In this document: positions 36,809 to 46,450 of the stretch, piece by piece
Layout: each line of letters starts with the position of its first letter
Position numbering within the stretch: the stretch's first letter is position 1
IMG/VR virus record: IMGVR_UViG_3300028888_000121
Coordinates: 8,313-72,312 of that record
Direction: 5' to 3' (one strand)
DNA: 64,000 nucleotides
Source: a virus
Made by a program: the position numbers and the translations under genes
Notes under the pieces: generated by a model
Databases searched by the model: none
Seen by the model: the letters and a program-made list of their open reading frames with translations, nothing else
Told to the model about the DNA's origin: nothing

Positions 36809-37801
36809 ATGTCACTGGATTGCAAAGAGAGATTTGCGAACATGGTAAGGCAGGAATTGGAAGAGGTTTTGACGGTAAGGCAACTGGAAAATGTGATGGG
36901 GACGATATGGAGCACGTTATCGGCGGTTGATATGACAATGACATTCCGCGAAGAGAACGGCGACCTATCGAGTGATGAGCTGCTGCAGGCGTTTTTACAG
37001 GCAAAGCGAGTGGAAGGAAGATCCGCGTCAACATTGGAACATTACAGGTACATCGTTACGCGGTTTTTGGAGGCGACAAAGGTTCCGATATCGGATACCA
37101 CAGTAAACACGATTCGCTCTTATTACACAAGCGAGTTAGACCGTGGAATTTCCGAAAAAACGGTTCGCGGATATCAGACGGTGTTTAGCTCAATGTATGG
37201 GTGGCTCTGGCGGGAAGGTTTGATTCGGAAAAATCCGTGTGCGAACATCGGTGTAGTCAAGGTCCCGGACACGAAAAAGCATCCGTATTCTACAGTGGAA
37301 ATAGAGCTCATCAAAGAGAACTGCAAGAATCTGCGGGACAAGGCGGTAGTCCTCTTCTTGATGTCGACCGGATGCCGAATCTCGGAGGCGACGCAAACAA
37401 ACTGGAAAGACATAAACTTTCAGGATAAAGAACTTGTGGTTTTTGGTAAGGGCAGTAAAGAAAGAACTGTGTATTTGGATGACGTGGCTTGCGATGTGCT
37501 GAAAAAGTATCTGTCAACACGAGCGGACGATAACCCGGCTCTGTTTATCGGAAAAGGCGGAGGCAGAATTACACCGGGCGGTATCCGAGTGATGCTGAAG
37601 CGACTTGAACGGGTCTCACATGTGCAAAATATCCATCCGCACAGATTCAGAAGGACACTGGCAACAAATCTTGCTACAAAGGGAATGCCTGTGCAGGAAA
37701 TTGCGTATATACTCGGACACGCCAAAATTGATACGACAATGAGATACATCTGCGTACAGGCAATTAATGTGAAAAGTCACTATCAGATGCTTGCTGCATA
37801 A
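36809..37801 (+). CDS. tyrosine site-specific recombinase/integrase (XerD-like)
   Basis: 330-aa ORF with AAAGGAGGA RBS. The catalytic signature is present: R in GCRISEA, H-x-x-R in HPHRFRRT, and GHAKIDTTMRY with the nucleophilic Tyr. An N-terminal SAM-like core-binding domain is also present. Confidence 0.85.
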   Translation: MSLDCKERFANMVRQELEEVLTVRQLENVMGTIWSTLSAVDMTMTFREENGDLSSDELLQAFLQAKRVEGRSASTLEHYRYIVTRFLEATKVPISDTTVNTIRSYYTSELDRGISEKTVRGYQTVFSSMYGWLWREGLIRKNPCANIGVVKVPDTKKHPYSTVEIELIKENCKNLRDKAVVLFLMSTGCRISEATQTNWKDINFQDKELVVFGKGSKERTVYLDDVACDVLKKYLSTRADDNPALFIGKGGGRITPGGIRVMLKRLERVSHVQNIHPHRFRRTLATNLATKGMPVQEIAYILGHAKIDTTMRYICVQAINVKSHYQMLAA

Positions 37802-37826
37802 TCTCAAGAACAGAAGTAAAGAGGAA

Positions 37827-37859
37827 AAGACGCGGTGGTTTTTCCACCGTGTCTTTTTT
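37827..37859 (+). terminator. rho-independent terminator after the recombinase gene
   Basis: aagacgcggtgg-ttttt-ccaccgtgtctt forms a 12-bp stem followed by TTTTTTA. Confidence 0.6.
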
Positions 37860-37903
37860 ATACAGAACCCAAAGATTTCTCTGACTGAAAAGGAGGAAAC
37901 AAT

Positions 37904-38374
37904 ATGGACCTAACCGCATTTGCGATGCCGAGGAAATGTGAAGTTCCGGAAGGTGCCTACGGAGTCTGGCAGATTCCGGACTTGAACATCATGATGCCTG
38001 TCTACAAAACAGGCGGCGGTGCAAGCGCACAGAAGGTGGTCGACAAAGAGGAGGCCGCGAGCATGTTCCCCTATGGCTGCGGCAAAATCATCGCGGACCA
38101 TGCAGACTCCAAGTATCACGCAAGCAGCGGAGCATGGAAAATCGGGAAGGTCCGTCCGGACTATGTGGCGTTCATGGTCAAACCGGACGGAACGAAAGAA
38201 CGGTATGTCTGTAATCAGGTTGCAAGGGTAGACGTCCACAGAAACGGATATACCTTAGACGGTCAAGGTATTTATCCTCGGTCAGCGACGGATATCATCT
38301 GCGTCTGCTGCGCCAATGCCAGAGGCACCGAAAACTACTGGGCCGTCTTTAAGTATAAGGGGAAAATGCCATGA
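37904..38374 (+). CDS. hypothetical protein
   Basis: 156-aa ORF with AAAGGAGGA RBS. Confidence 0.45.
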   Translation: MDLTAFAMPRKCEVPEGAYGVWQIPDLNIMMPVYKTGGGASAQKVVDKEEAASMFPYGCGKIIADHADSKYHASSGAWKIGKVRPDYVAFMVKPDGTKERYVCNQVARVDVHRNGYTLDGQGIYPRSATDIICVCCANARGTENYWAVFKYKGKMP

Positions 38375-38710
38375 CATCAGATGATCTTGACTCGTGGGTG
38401 AACTGGCTTCTTGAAAATCGGTGATGGCAGAGGAGATGATCAGCCTATGCCGGAATACACATTTGGAGCGATTCTTATTTTAGCTGTCGTCACTTTTTTA
38501 TGGAACGACAGAAACAATCATTTTCGGAGGTAAGCGATTGTGTTGATGAATCAATTTCGTTGCGATTCGACAGGAAATATGTACGGACCGCACAAGGACA
38601 GACCGCAATCCGCGCAAGACGGACAGACGTACTATGAAACGGATACCTGCATGATGTTTCGATACAGCGCGGAACAGTGCAAGTGGGTTCTCGCTGTGTA
38701 GGTGATTCGA

Positions 38711-39001
38711 ATGAAACCAATGATCATCTACATCAAAAAAGACGGAAACCTTGACCTTACGCCGGAAAAGCTGGAAAAGCTGATATCCGATGCATTTCAG
38801 CAGGGCTATGATGAAGGATTCTACGCAGGAACGAAGGTGAACACCTTCACTTATCCAGAAGTCCCGAACTGGAACAAAACGATCCGTTACGATCAGGTGA
38901 CGTGCGACACCAACAGCAGCTTCAAGCAGCAGGGGTCCGGTACCTGCTTTACAACCGCACAGAGTGCGGCAAGCGCCGTCGAAACCGCGTCTGAGCCATA
39001 G
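38711..39001 (+). CDS. hypothetical protein
   Basis: ATG after an AGGTGA RBS. Confidence 0.4.
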   Translation: MKPMIIYIKKDGNLDLTPEKLEKLISDAFQQGYDEGFYAGTKVNTFTYPEVPNWNKTIRYDQVTCDTNSSFKQQGSGTCFTTAQSAASAVETASEP

Positions 39002-39102
39002 CATCATCCCAAGCCGCGCCTGCGGCTTATTATTTTATGAAAGCACGAGGTATGGTCCAATGGGCAATTATGGTCGTCATCTGAATGCAGGAGGTGATCT
39101 GC

Positions 39103-39618
39103 GTGACTTTTGCTGATTTCCTCCAAAAGATCGGATTGAGCTACACGACTTTCTGGGGAATCCTTGCGTTTGCAATGTCAATCGGTATTGAGATTATCCC
39201 AAAAATCAAGTGGAGCCCGTGGAGCGCATTGTTTCTCTGGATCGGGGGCAAAATCAATGACAAGATTGACAAGAAGGTCTCCGAATCGATGAAGAAGATC
39301 GAATCCGTGGAGTCAAAGGTTGACAGACTTCAAAATGAACTGAATTCTCACATTAAAGAGTCAGAGGACAAAGCGCTTCAGGAGAAGCGCCGGGATATCC
39401 TTGATTTCTCAAATGCATGCCTGAACAAGCGGAAACACACCAAAGAGCAGTTCGAGTTTATCATTTCCCTTTGTGACGAGTACGAACTGTATATTGAAGA
39501 GAACAAAATCAAGAATGGAGTGATAACATCCGCGATCAAGGACATCAGGCGTCTCTATGACAAGTGCCGAGAGGAACGAAGCTTCCTGAGCAATGAAGAA
39601 GAGAAGGATCGGCCTTGA
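39103..39618 (+). CDS. membrane protein with an N-terminal transmembrane segment and a C-terminal coiled coil, possibly lysis-associated
   Basis: GTG start after CAGGAGGTGA. A hydrophobic helix (TFWGILAFAMSIGIEIIP) is followed by a K/E-rich coiled coil. Confidence 0.3.
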   Translation: MTFADFLQKIGLSYTTFWGILAFAMSIGIEIIPKIKWSPWSALFLWIGGKINDKIDKKVSESMKKIESVESKVDRLQNELNSHIKESEDKALQEKRRDILDFSNACLNKRKHTKEQFEFIISLCDEYELYIEENKIKNGVITSAIKDIRRLYDKCREERSFLSNEEEKDRP

Positions 39619-39806
39619 ACGGAATCTATGCTGAGAAGGTCGTCCAAGACAATGTTTCGTTCTGGACCGTCAAGGATGCGAAAACCAATCAGATCATATC
39701 AGTTGGACCTACAATTTCCAGTGCGGTAGAAAACTATGAAACCGTCCTTGAAAATGAAAGAGTGGCGGAGGAACTTGGCATGCCGATGGACGATATGGAT
39801 CTGTAG
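39615..39806 (+). CDS. hypothetical small protein
   Basis: 63-aa ORF overlapping the upstream stop. Confidence 0.3.
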   Translation: MNGIYAEKVVQDNVSFWTVKDAKTNQIISVGPTISSAVENYETVLENERVAEELGMPMDDMDL

Positions 39807-39918
39807 CGTGTGAAGGATGAGTTTAACTTTTTCGACCAGAAAAGTTGAACTCATTCTTCGTTTATGTGAAAAAACGCGGTATTTCAGAAATGAGTTGATA
39901 AAAAAGGAGTGATTTGCT

Positions 39919-41445
39919 GTGACATTCGCGGAATATATCTATCAGCAATTGCGAAAAGCCGGTGTCACAAAAGAGGGGGCCTGTGCTGTGCTCGGAAATG
40001 TGCAGGCCGAAAGCGCGTTTCGAGCCAACAACCTGCAAGACAGTTTCAACAGCCGCCTCGGGATCTCCGATGATGAGTTCGTGCGTAGAGTTGACGCCGG
40101 GGACTATTCGCTTTTCATGACGCGGGACCTCGGATTTGGCGCGGCGCAGTGGACTTATGGACCGAGGAAAGAAAAATTCTACAGATATGCCAAGAGCACC
40201 GGACGGTCTATTGCAAATGAGAAAATGCAGGTCGAATTCCTGATCAAAGAGTTCAAGGAAGACTTTGCCGGTATCTGGAAACTGATCTGCACAAGCACCG
40301 ATCTCATCGCGTGCACCGACAAACTTCTCGAAGTCTGGGAGAATCCTGCATATAAGGACTACTCAAACAGGCGAAAAATGGCGAATAGCTGGTATGCAAA
40401 GGTGGATCAGCTTGAAGCGACGGCAGCAAGCGAAACTGCAAACTCATCAAGCAAAGGCGGTGGTGGTATGTCCAAGGTTGAGCAATACACCCGGGAGGCA
40501 GAAAGTATCGCGGCAGACAACAGCCATGGATACAGCCAGAACAGCAGGTGGGGTCCTGACTATGACTGTAGTTCACTCGTTATTCAGGTCGTCCAGAACG
40601 CCGGAATCCCGGTCCGCACAAACGGTGCGTCTTATACAGGGAACATGCGTTCCGCGTTTCAAAGGTGCGGATTTCAGGATGTGACAGCGTCCTGCAACCT
40701 TGCAACCGGCGCTGGAATGATTCGCGGCGACGTTCTTCTGAATGATTCCAGCCACGCGGCAATCTATGTCGGCAACGGCAGGGTAGTCCATGCGAGGACC
40801 GACGAAGGCAATTCCATGACTGGCGATCAGTCCGGGAATGAGATCCGGGTCCAGTCTTATTGGAACTACCCGTGGAGCTGCGTCCTGCGGTATCCGGGAG
40901 GCGGATCTTCATCCACACCCGGTGCTGCAACGTATTCCGCAGGCCAGAGCGAAACCAGCGCGGTGGTGTCTACAAATCTCCGCAAAGGTTCTAAGGGAGA
41001 AAAAGTCAAGGAACTTCAGGACAACCTCATCAAGCTTGGCTACAGCGTCGGAACGTGGGGTGCGGACGGCGACTTTGGAGAAGACACAAGAGCCGCCGTG
41101 ATCGAATTCCAGAAAGATGCGTTCCCGGACAACAAGGCGGAGTGGGACGGCATTGTCGGTAAGAACACGAGGGCCGCGATTGAAAAAGCGCTCGAAGCTC
41201 TGAACTCAAAGGCACCTGAAACAAAGAAGACAGTTGGAAAAGGCGACGTCGTCAACTTCAAGGGCGGGCTTCAGTATTTGACTGCGAAATCTGAGATTGG
41301 CAGCAAGGCCAATGCCGGAAAGGCAAAAATCACACAGATCTACAGTGGAAAAGGCGTGAAGCATCCTTTCCACCTCGTCAGAGTGGCCGGAGGAGGCTCC
41401 AATGTCTACGGCTGGGTAGATGAATCAGATATCGAGGCGATCTGA
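39919..41445 (+). CDS. multidomain endolysin (lysozyme-like N-terminal domain, Cys/His peptidase NlpC/P60- or CHAP-like, PG_binding_1, SH3-like C-terminus)
   Basis: GTG start after AAGGAGTGA. The Cys/His region reads DYDCSSLV...SSHAAIYVGNGRVVHA. The peptidoglycan-binding motif is KGEKVKELQDNLIKLGYSVGTWGADGDFGEDTRAAVIEFQ. The C-terminus is an SH3-like beta domain. Confidence 0.85.
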   Translation: MTFAEYIYQQLRKAGVTKEGACAVLGNVQAESAFRANNLQDSFNSRLGISDDEFVRRVDAGDYSLFMTRDLGFGAAQWTYGPRKEKFYRYAKSTGRSIANEKMQVEFLIKEFKEDFAGIWKLICTSTDLIACTDKLLEVWENPAYKDYSNRRKMANSWYAKVDQLEATAASETANSSSKGGGGMSKVEQYTREAESIAADNSHGYSQNSRWGPDYDCSSLVIQVVQNAGIPVRTNGASYTGNMRSAFQRCGFQDVTASCNLATGAGMIRGDVLLNDSSHAAIYVGNGRVVHARTDEGNSMTGDQSGNEIRVQSYWNYPWSCVLRYPGGGSSSTPGAATYSAGQSETSAVVSTNLRKGSKGEKVKELQDNLIKLGYSVGTWGADGDFGEDTRAAVIEFQKDAFPDNKAEWDGIVGKNTRAAIEKALEALNSKAPETKKTVGKGDVVNFKGGLQYLTAKSEIGSKANAGKAKITQIYSGKGVKHPFHLVRVAGGGSNVYGWVDESDIEAI

Positions 41446-41446
41446 T

Positions 41447-41764
41447 ATGGGCAAGCACGAGAAAAAACCGTCCACGACGGTAGAGCACCCCAAGAAAGAG
41501 TTTTCCAAAAAAATTGCGGTCATTGCAATCGTGATGTGGGTGTCGGTAAACATCTACGGCATGGTGATGATGGCAATAACGCTGGACCTGTCGCCGCTGA
41601 TGTATATTGTCGGCAGCGTCGACGCGGTGGTGGCAATCGTGTACACCACTTATTCCATCAAGGCAAAAGCAGAAAACATGATCAAGCTCAAAAAGATTTA
41701 CGGCTATGATGCCGAGTCTGTCGTTGACGCGGTTCTTCGGGAACGCGAATACTACGACGACTGA
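41447..41764 (+). CDS. holin (two transmembrane helices)
   Basis: The ATG overlaps the endolysin stop as TGATATG. Two hydrophobic helices are followed by a charged C-terminus. Confidence 0.55.
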   Translation: MGKHEKKPSTTVEHPKKEFSKKIAVIAIVMWVSVNIYGMVMMAITLDLSPLMYIVGSVDAVVAIVYTTYSIKAKAENMIKLKKIYGYDAESVVDAVLREREYYDD

Positions 41765-41806
41765 TCAAACAATATGAAAACCCGATAGGGAAAGGAGAAA
41801 CATACA

Positions 41807-42166
41807 ATGGATAAATCTGTCATTCTCAACATCGTCCTGATCGTCCTTTGCGCCGCTTTGTACGGTCTCAGACTCTATTTCAAGACCAAAGGCAGCGTGT
41901 TTGAAGCAGCCAGTCAGTTCATTGCTGACATCGAGAATTCCGGTCTTGTTGGTCCGGAGAAAATGGCCTATGTGGTATCACAGCTCTTTGCTCTGATCCC
42001 TATTCCTCTGAAAAGCATCTTCACAGAAAGCCGACTGCAGGAAATGGCGCAGGAGGTTTTTGATACAATGAAAGAATACGCCCTGAAATATGCCAAGCGT
42101 GTTGACGAAGAAGCGAAGGCGAAAGAGGACGTAAAGCCCGAGGAGCAAGAACCAACAGAAGCCTGA
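41807..42166 (+). CDS. membrane protein (one transmembrane helix), possible holin or lysis accessory
   Basis: 119-aa ORF with AAAGGAGAA RBS. It has an N-terminal transmembrane helix and an acidic C-terminus. Confidence 0.4.
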   Translation: MDKSVILNIVLIVLCAALYGLRLYFKTKGSVFEAASQFIADIENSGLVGPEKMAYVVSQLFALIPIPLKSIFTESRLQEMAQEVFDTMKEYALKYAKRVDEEAKAKEDVKPEEQEPTEA

Positions 42167-42260
42167 TGCTCTGACGCAGCACAAAATCAATCAGGCAACA
42201 TCCGGAGTCTTACCTCCACTCCGGTTTTGCACCGCCAGGCTGTACAAGGTCTGGCGGACC

Positions 42261-42302
42261 GCCCGTCCCGGCCTGTGTCGGGGCGGGCCTTTCTTTTTTT
42301 GG
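42261..42302 (+). terminator. strong rho-independent terminator ending the lysis operon
   Basis: gcccgtcccg-gcctgtgt-cggggcgggc forms a 10-bp GC stem followed by CTTTCTTTTTTT. Confidence 0.7.
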
Positions 42303-42311
42303 AATTTCCTC

Positions 42312-42340
42312 TTTCACTTAGCGGAATAATATGGTATACT
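42312..42340 (+). promoter_or_regulatory. extended -10 promoter (TGGTATACT)
   Basis: TG-n-TATACT at 42332-42340. The -35 element is weak. The motif recurs at 42743-42751. Confidence 0.4.
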
Positions 42341-42385
42341 ATACAACAGATCATCCAACAAACAGTGGAGAGGAGAAGACGTATA

Positions 42386-42612
42386 TGGCAAAAGTCAGAT
42401 GTCCGGCCCTCGGATGCAGAAGCACAGACTGCACCCCGTTGACCGAAAAGAACAAGTACAAAGCCGGTAAAGGAATCGTTGGCGGCGCGGTCGGCGCTGT
42501 CGCTCTTGGTCCGGTTGGCCTGCTGGCCGGTGCCGCATCCGGATTCAGCGGCAAGAAGAAAATCAAGTTCATGTGCAATAAATGCGGCAAAGTCTTTGAA
42601 ATGAAGATCTGA
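42386..42612 (+). CDS. small Zn-ribbon / glycine-zipper protein
   Basis: 75-aa ORF with GGAGAGGAG RBS. It has CP..GC and CNKCG cysteine pairs around a Gly-rich hydrophobic segment. A T-rich hairpin follows it. Confidence 0.45.
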
Positions 42613-42722
42613 ACATCAGCAACACAGCCCGTCCTGCAAACCAAAGCAGGGCGGGCTTTTTCTTTTTGTCTTAAATGTCAAATTGCACGAAAACATGGTC
42701 AAATATTTGTACATAAAGTCAA

Positions 42723-42751
42723 TTGCATTTATAAGTGCTATTTGGTATACT
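42723..42751 (+). promoter_or_regulatory. promoter: TTGCAT, 17 nt, then an extended -10 (TGGTATACT)
   Basis: The spacing is right. The -10 element is identical to the one at 42332-42340. Confidence 0.45.
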
Positions 42752-42796
42752 ATAGATGCTGAGGGGCACTTGACGGCCCTGATGAGAGGAGGTGTT

Positions 42797-44125
42797 ATGA
42801 TGCGGTATTCGATCCCGGAATGGAACATCGAGTCTCTGGAGAAGAAGATCACGAAGATCCGGAACAAGTGCGAGAAGTACGGCTGCGAGTTCAAGTACGA
42901 GCGGATGGGGGAGCACTTCGACGAAGTGACCTTCTCCTACGTCGATGAATTCACCGGCACCACAAAGCGCTACAAGCAGGTTGTGAAGTTCATTGATGTG
43001 GAGGCTGAGGGAACTGCCGCGATCAACGGATGGCGATTCGCCGCGACTCTGGAATACACGAAGCAGGGAAACATCATTGATGCGGTGCCCGGAATTGAGA
43101 TTCCGAAACGCTTCTATGACTGCGGACCGTGGTGCGAGCACTGCAAGACCAACCGCGACAGGAAATACAGCTTCGTGGTCTTCGAGGAAGAGACCGGAGA
43201 GTTCAAACAGGTTGGAAAGTCCTGCCTGAAGGACTTCACCGGTGGGCTGAGCGCTGACAATGCAGCGTACTTTGAGAGCTTCTTCAAAGAGATCAAAGAG
43301 GCAACCGGGCTTGGCGGGTACTACGGGTTCGGCAAAAAGTACTACGAGACCAAAGAACTGATGACCTACTTCGCCGAGACCATCCGCGTCTTTGGGTATG
43401 CCAAGACTGACAGCCTGTACAGCACGGCTGATCGAGCTCAGACGTACTACGATGTTGACCACAACATGCTTCGCGGGAAGTATGCTGAGGAAGCGCTGGA
43501 AGAGAGGGAAGAGGCAAAGGGCAAGGGCTTCAATCCGGAGAATCCGGAGAGCGTTGCTCTGGCTGGTGAGGTCATCGACTGGATCATCAACAACGAGAGG
43601 GACGACAATTACTTCCACAACATGAAGGTTGCGCTGTCTCTGGAATACAGCAGCGCGAGAAACTTCGGCCTTCTGGCGTCCGCGTTCCCGGCCCACAACA
43701 GGGATATTGAGCGTGAGGCAGAACGCCGCGAGCGTGAGCGGAAGGAAAGAGAGGCCGGAGAACTGAGCAAGCACGTCGGTGAGGTCGGAAAGCGCGTCAG
43801 TTTCAAGCCGACCGAGGTTGTGGCTCTGACAAGCTGGGAAACGCAGTTCGGAGTTACGACGGTGTACAAGTTCGTGGATGAGTCCGGCAATGTGTTCACT
43901 TGGAAGACCGGAAACTGGGTGGATCAGGAACTTCCGGTTCTGAAAATCACCGGCACGGTCAAGGAACACAAGGAGTATTGCGGTGTGAAACAGACCGAAC
44001 TCACAAGGTGCCGGATCGAGTATGGCAAGAAGCCGGAGAAGCAGCCGACGAGAGAAGAACTGGAAGCCAACGCAAAGGCTATGGCTGAGATAGATAAGGC
44101 TCTGGACGAACTGTGCTGCGCCTGA
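42797..44125 (+). CDS. hypothetical protein with a CxxC...CxxC zinc-binding cluster
   Basis: ATG after a GAGGAGG RBS. It carries the cluster CGPWCEHCKTNRDRK and a helical basic/acidic C-terminal half. Confidence 0.45.
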   Translation: MMRYSIPEWNIESLEKKITKIRNKCEKYGCEFKYERMGEHFDEVTFSYVDEFTGTTKRYKQVVKFIDVEAEGTAAINGWRFAATLEYTKQGNIIDAVPGIEIPKRFYDCGPWCEHCKTNRDRKYSFVVFEEETGEFKQVGKSCLKDFTGGLSADNAAYFESFFKEIKEATGLGGYYGFGKKYYETKELMTYFAETIRVFGYAKTDSLYSTADRAQTYYDVDHNMLRGKYAEEALEEREEAKGKGFNPENPESVALAGEVIDWIINNERDDNYFHNMKVALSLEYSSARNFGLLASAFPAHNRDIEREAERRERERKEREAGELSKHVGEVGKRVSFKPTEVVALTSWETQFGVTTVYKFVDESGNVFTWKTGNWVDQELPVLKITGTVKEHKEYCGVKQTELTRCRIEYGKKPEKQPTREELEANAKAMAEIDKALDELCCA

Positions 44126-44146
44126 TTGTGCAGGAAGGAGGACACT

Positions 44147-44593
44147 GTGACAAGACAACAGAAGTATCCGGACACGAAGACATTTCACTTCTACAACGCC
44201 AATCCGAAGAACAGGATTACGGGAGATTGCCGAATCAGGGCAATTTCGACAGCAACCGGCGTGGAGTACAACAAAGTCGTTCTTGCACTGGCTCTCATCC
44301 AGATGGAAACCGGGTATGATCAGTGTACGAATCAGGGAATCGATATCCTGATGGACGCTCTCGGATGGAAGAAACAAAAGCAGCCGCGCAAACCAAACGG
44401 AAAGAAGTACACAGGAAAAGAGTTTTGCAGGGTCCTGCAAAAAGGTGTTCCAGAAAACGGAATCGTTATTTCGCCAAGGATCTTCTGCAACATTGGTGGA
44501 AACCATGAGGTTGCCGTTGTTGACGGGAAGGTCTGGGACACTTGGGACAGCACGGAAGGATGCATCGGAAACTACTGGACTAAGGAAGCGTAA
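44147..44593 (+). CDS. hypothetical protein
   Basis: GTG start after AGGAAGGAGGA. Confidence 0.4.
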   Translation: MTRQQKYPDTKTFHFYNANPKNRITGDCRIRAISTATGVEYNKVVLALALIQMETGYDQCTNQGIDILMDALGWKKQKQPRKPNGKKYTGKEFCRVLQKGVPENGIVISPRIFCNIGGNHEVAVVDGKVWDTWDSTEGCIGNYWTKEA

Positions 44594-44606
44594 GGGAGGG
44601 CTCTCA

Positions 44607-44765
44607 ATGTACGAAATCATCTATGATTACGATAACGAGTACGACACCGAACGCAACATCATGGAGACTTTTACTGGTGATTGGTTTGAACTTCAGGATT
44701 ATATCAAGCAGATGAAGGCGAACGGGTGCTATAACATCTCCGCTTCTGCGGTAGGTGATTGGTGA
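44607..44765 (+). CDS. hypothetical small acidic protein
   Basis: ATG after GGGAGGG. 52 aa. Confidence 0.35.
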   Translation: MYEIIYDYDNEYDTERNIMETFTGDWFELQDYIKQMKANGCYNISASAVGDW

Positions 44766-44780
44766 AAAGGAGGACGCAGC

Positions 44781-45038
44781 ATGAAGTACTTTAAGCGAGT
44801 GAAGGGCGAGGACGAGTGGAAGGAAGTCAACTATGACACGGCGCTTTGGACGATTCTCACGACGTACAAAGACAATGACATGACGCGGGCAATGCTGACT
44901 GTCGGAAACCTTATTCCGTGTGCGTGGTCCGAGATTCGGGTGTACAACGATGACGGGTTGACGGCAATGGCTGGCCTGAGCAATCTTCTTCCGGATGACT
45001 TTCATGAGGAAGACACAGACAGAGACAAGGAAAAATGA
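44781..45038 (+). CDS. hypothetical small protein
   Basis: 85-aa ORF with AAAGGAGGA RBS. Confidence 0.4.
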   Translation: MKYFKRVKGEDEWKEVNYDTALWTILTTYKDNDMTRAMLTVGNLIPCAWSEIRVYNDDGLTAMAGLSNLLPDDFHEEDTDRDKEK

Positions 45039-45235
45039 CATTCTCTGAAAAAGAAGTCGTGATCCGCGCTCTGCGTTCCTACTCGGATCAGCAAACAAGA
45101 AAAGCGAAAAACGCAGAGAAGCAAGGAGAGTCGGGCAAAGCATCACAATTCATGTCAGAAGCCGAAAAAGCAAGTGGCCTGATGCACGTATTTGCCGGAC
45201 TGCTGACGGTCCCGTCCGGAGAGGGAAGAATATAG
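45035..45235 (+). CDS. hypothetical small protein
   Basis: 66-aa ORF overlapping the upstream stop. Confidence 0.3.
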   Translation: MTFSEKEVVIRALRSYSDQQTRKAKNAEKQGESGKASQFMSEAEKASGLMHVFAGLLTVPSGEGRI

Positions 45236-45321
45236 CGAGGCCTCCAATGACGACCGCATATACCGGGCTCAACGGTTTGATAAAAAGTATCCTGGTGGCA
45301 TTATTCTGAATGAGGAGGATT

Positions 45322-45522
45322 ATGATGGGCCAGCATAAATATAACCCGACTGCGATTGCTGCTAAAAATGGAGAAATTCCACCGAAGCCAAAACCGCCAT
45401 CTAAAAGAGAACGTGAAGCTATTACTTATGCCGCTTTTCAGGATGCAATGCACAAAAGAGGTTTACTTACACCGTTTGACATGAATACTCTTCTGGGCGT
45501 TGATAACACATACCTAAATTAA
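45322..45522 (+). CDS. hypothetical small protein
   Basis: ATG after GAGGAGGA. Confidence 0.35.
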   Translation: MMGQHKYNPTAIAAKNGEIPPKPKPPSKREREAITYAAFQDAMHKRGLLTPFDMNTLLGVDNTYLN

Positions 45523-45558
45523 AGGGCAAATAAAAAGTCTTAAAAGTTGCCAAAAACA

Positions 45559-45587
45559 TTGACAAACGGCTGTAAATACGGTATAAT
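45559..45587 (+). promoter_or_regulatory. consensus sigma70 promoter
   Basis: TTGACA, 17 nt, TATAAT: a perfect -35 and -10 with ideal spacing. Confidence 0.6.
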
Positions 45588-45629
45588 TGAAACGCTGGGA
45601 TCAGCTATTTCTTTTGATCCGAAGATGCT

Positions 45630-45908
45630 ATGAAGCATTCAACAAAAGCTAAACGGAGATGCAGCCGGATGAGATTTACGCAGTACAAGCAGCCGCCTTG
45701 TAATGGCTGCGATAGACGTAAGGTAGGATGTCACGCGAAGTGCGGCGATTATAAAGAATGGCTATCAGGATACAGGGCGGATGCGGAGCGTGCAAGACAA
45801 TACGACAATGCCCAAGATTTTATTGTGAGCAATCGAATGGACTGGGCGTCGAAGGTTCAAAAAGGAATCGGACGTGGCATTAAGGTCCGAAACGTTTGGG
45901 GTAGATAA
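45630..45908 (+). CDS. Cys-rich small protein (CNGC...C...C cluster), possible regulator
   Basis: 92-aa ORF, or 79 aa from an internal Met. It is the first ORF after the consensus promoter. Confidence 0.4.
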   Translation: MKHSTKAKRRCSRMRFTQYKQPPCNGCDRRKVGCHAKCGDYKEWLSGYRADAERARQYDNAQDFIVSNRMDWASKVQKGIGRGIKVRNVWGR

Positions 45909-45910
45909 CA

Positions 45911-46450
45911 ATGATTTTAACAGGTCGCGAAATTCAGTGGCAAGTAAAGGAAGCCGGAGGAATCCAGATTGACGATTTCGACGAGTCGCGTCTGAATCCG
46001 AACAGCTACAACCTGCGCCTTCATAACCAACTGATGGTCTACAAAGACACTATGCTGGATATGAAGAAAGACAATCCGGCCCGGACAATTGAGATTCCGG
46101 AGAGCGGACTGACTTTGTTCCCGGGAACGCTTTATCTGGGACGAACGGTTGAAAGGACTTTCACCGACAAGTATGTGCCGATGTTGGAAGGGAGATCGTC
46201 TGTCGGACGGCTTGGTGTCTATATCCATGTGACGGCAGGGTTTGGAGACATCGGCTTTGACGGCTTCTGGACGCTTGAAATATCCTGCGTGCAGCCCGTT
46301 ATCATCTACCCGAACGTGGAGATCTGCCAAATCTACTTTCACACTGTGGAAGGTAATGCTGGCATGCAGTACAAAAGTGGAAAGTACCAGAACAACTCCG
46401 GAATCCAGACGAGCCGGATGTGGATGGACTTCCAGAAGGAGAATGTATGA
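45911..46450 (+). CDS. dcd: dCTP deaminase (dUTPase superfamily)
   Basis: 179-aa ORF. The N-terminus (MILTGREI) and the GRSSVGRLGV...HVTAGFGDIGFDGFWTLE core match the Dcd family. Confidence 0.7.
   Translation: MILTGREIQWQVKEAGGIQIDDFDESRLNPNSYNLRLHNQLMVYKDTMLDMKKDNPARTIEIPESGLTLFPGTLYLGRTVERTFTDKYVPMLEGRSSVGRLGVYIHVTAGFGDIGFDGFWTLEISCVQPVIIYPNVEICQIYFHTVEGNAGMQYKSGKYQNNSGIQTSRMWMDFQKENV

Noticed and set aside
36429-37034. 201-aa minus-strand ORF across the recombinase upstream region
   Set aside because: It overlaps the promoter and the 5' end of the well-supported recombinase gene. It has no RBS and a Pro/Ser-rich low-complexity translation.
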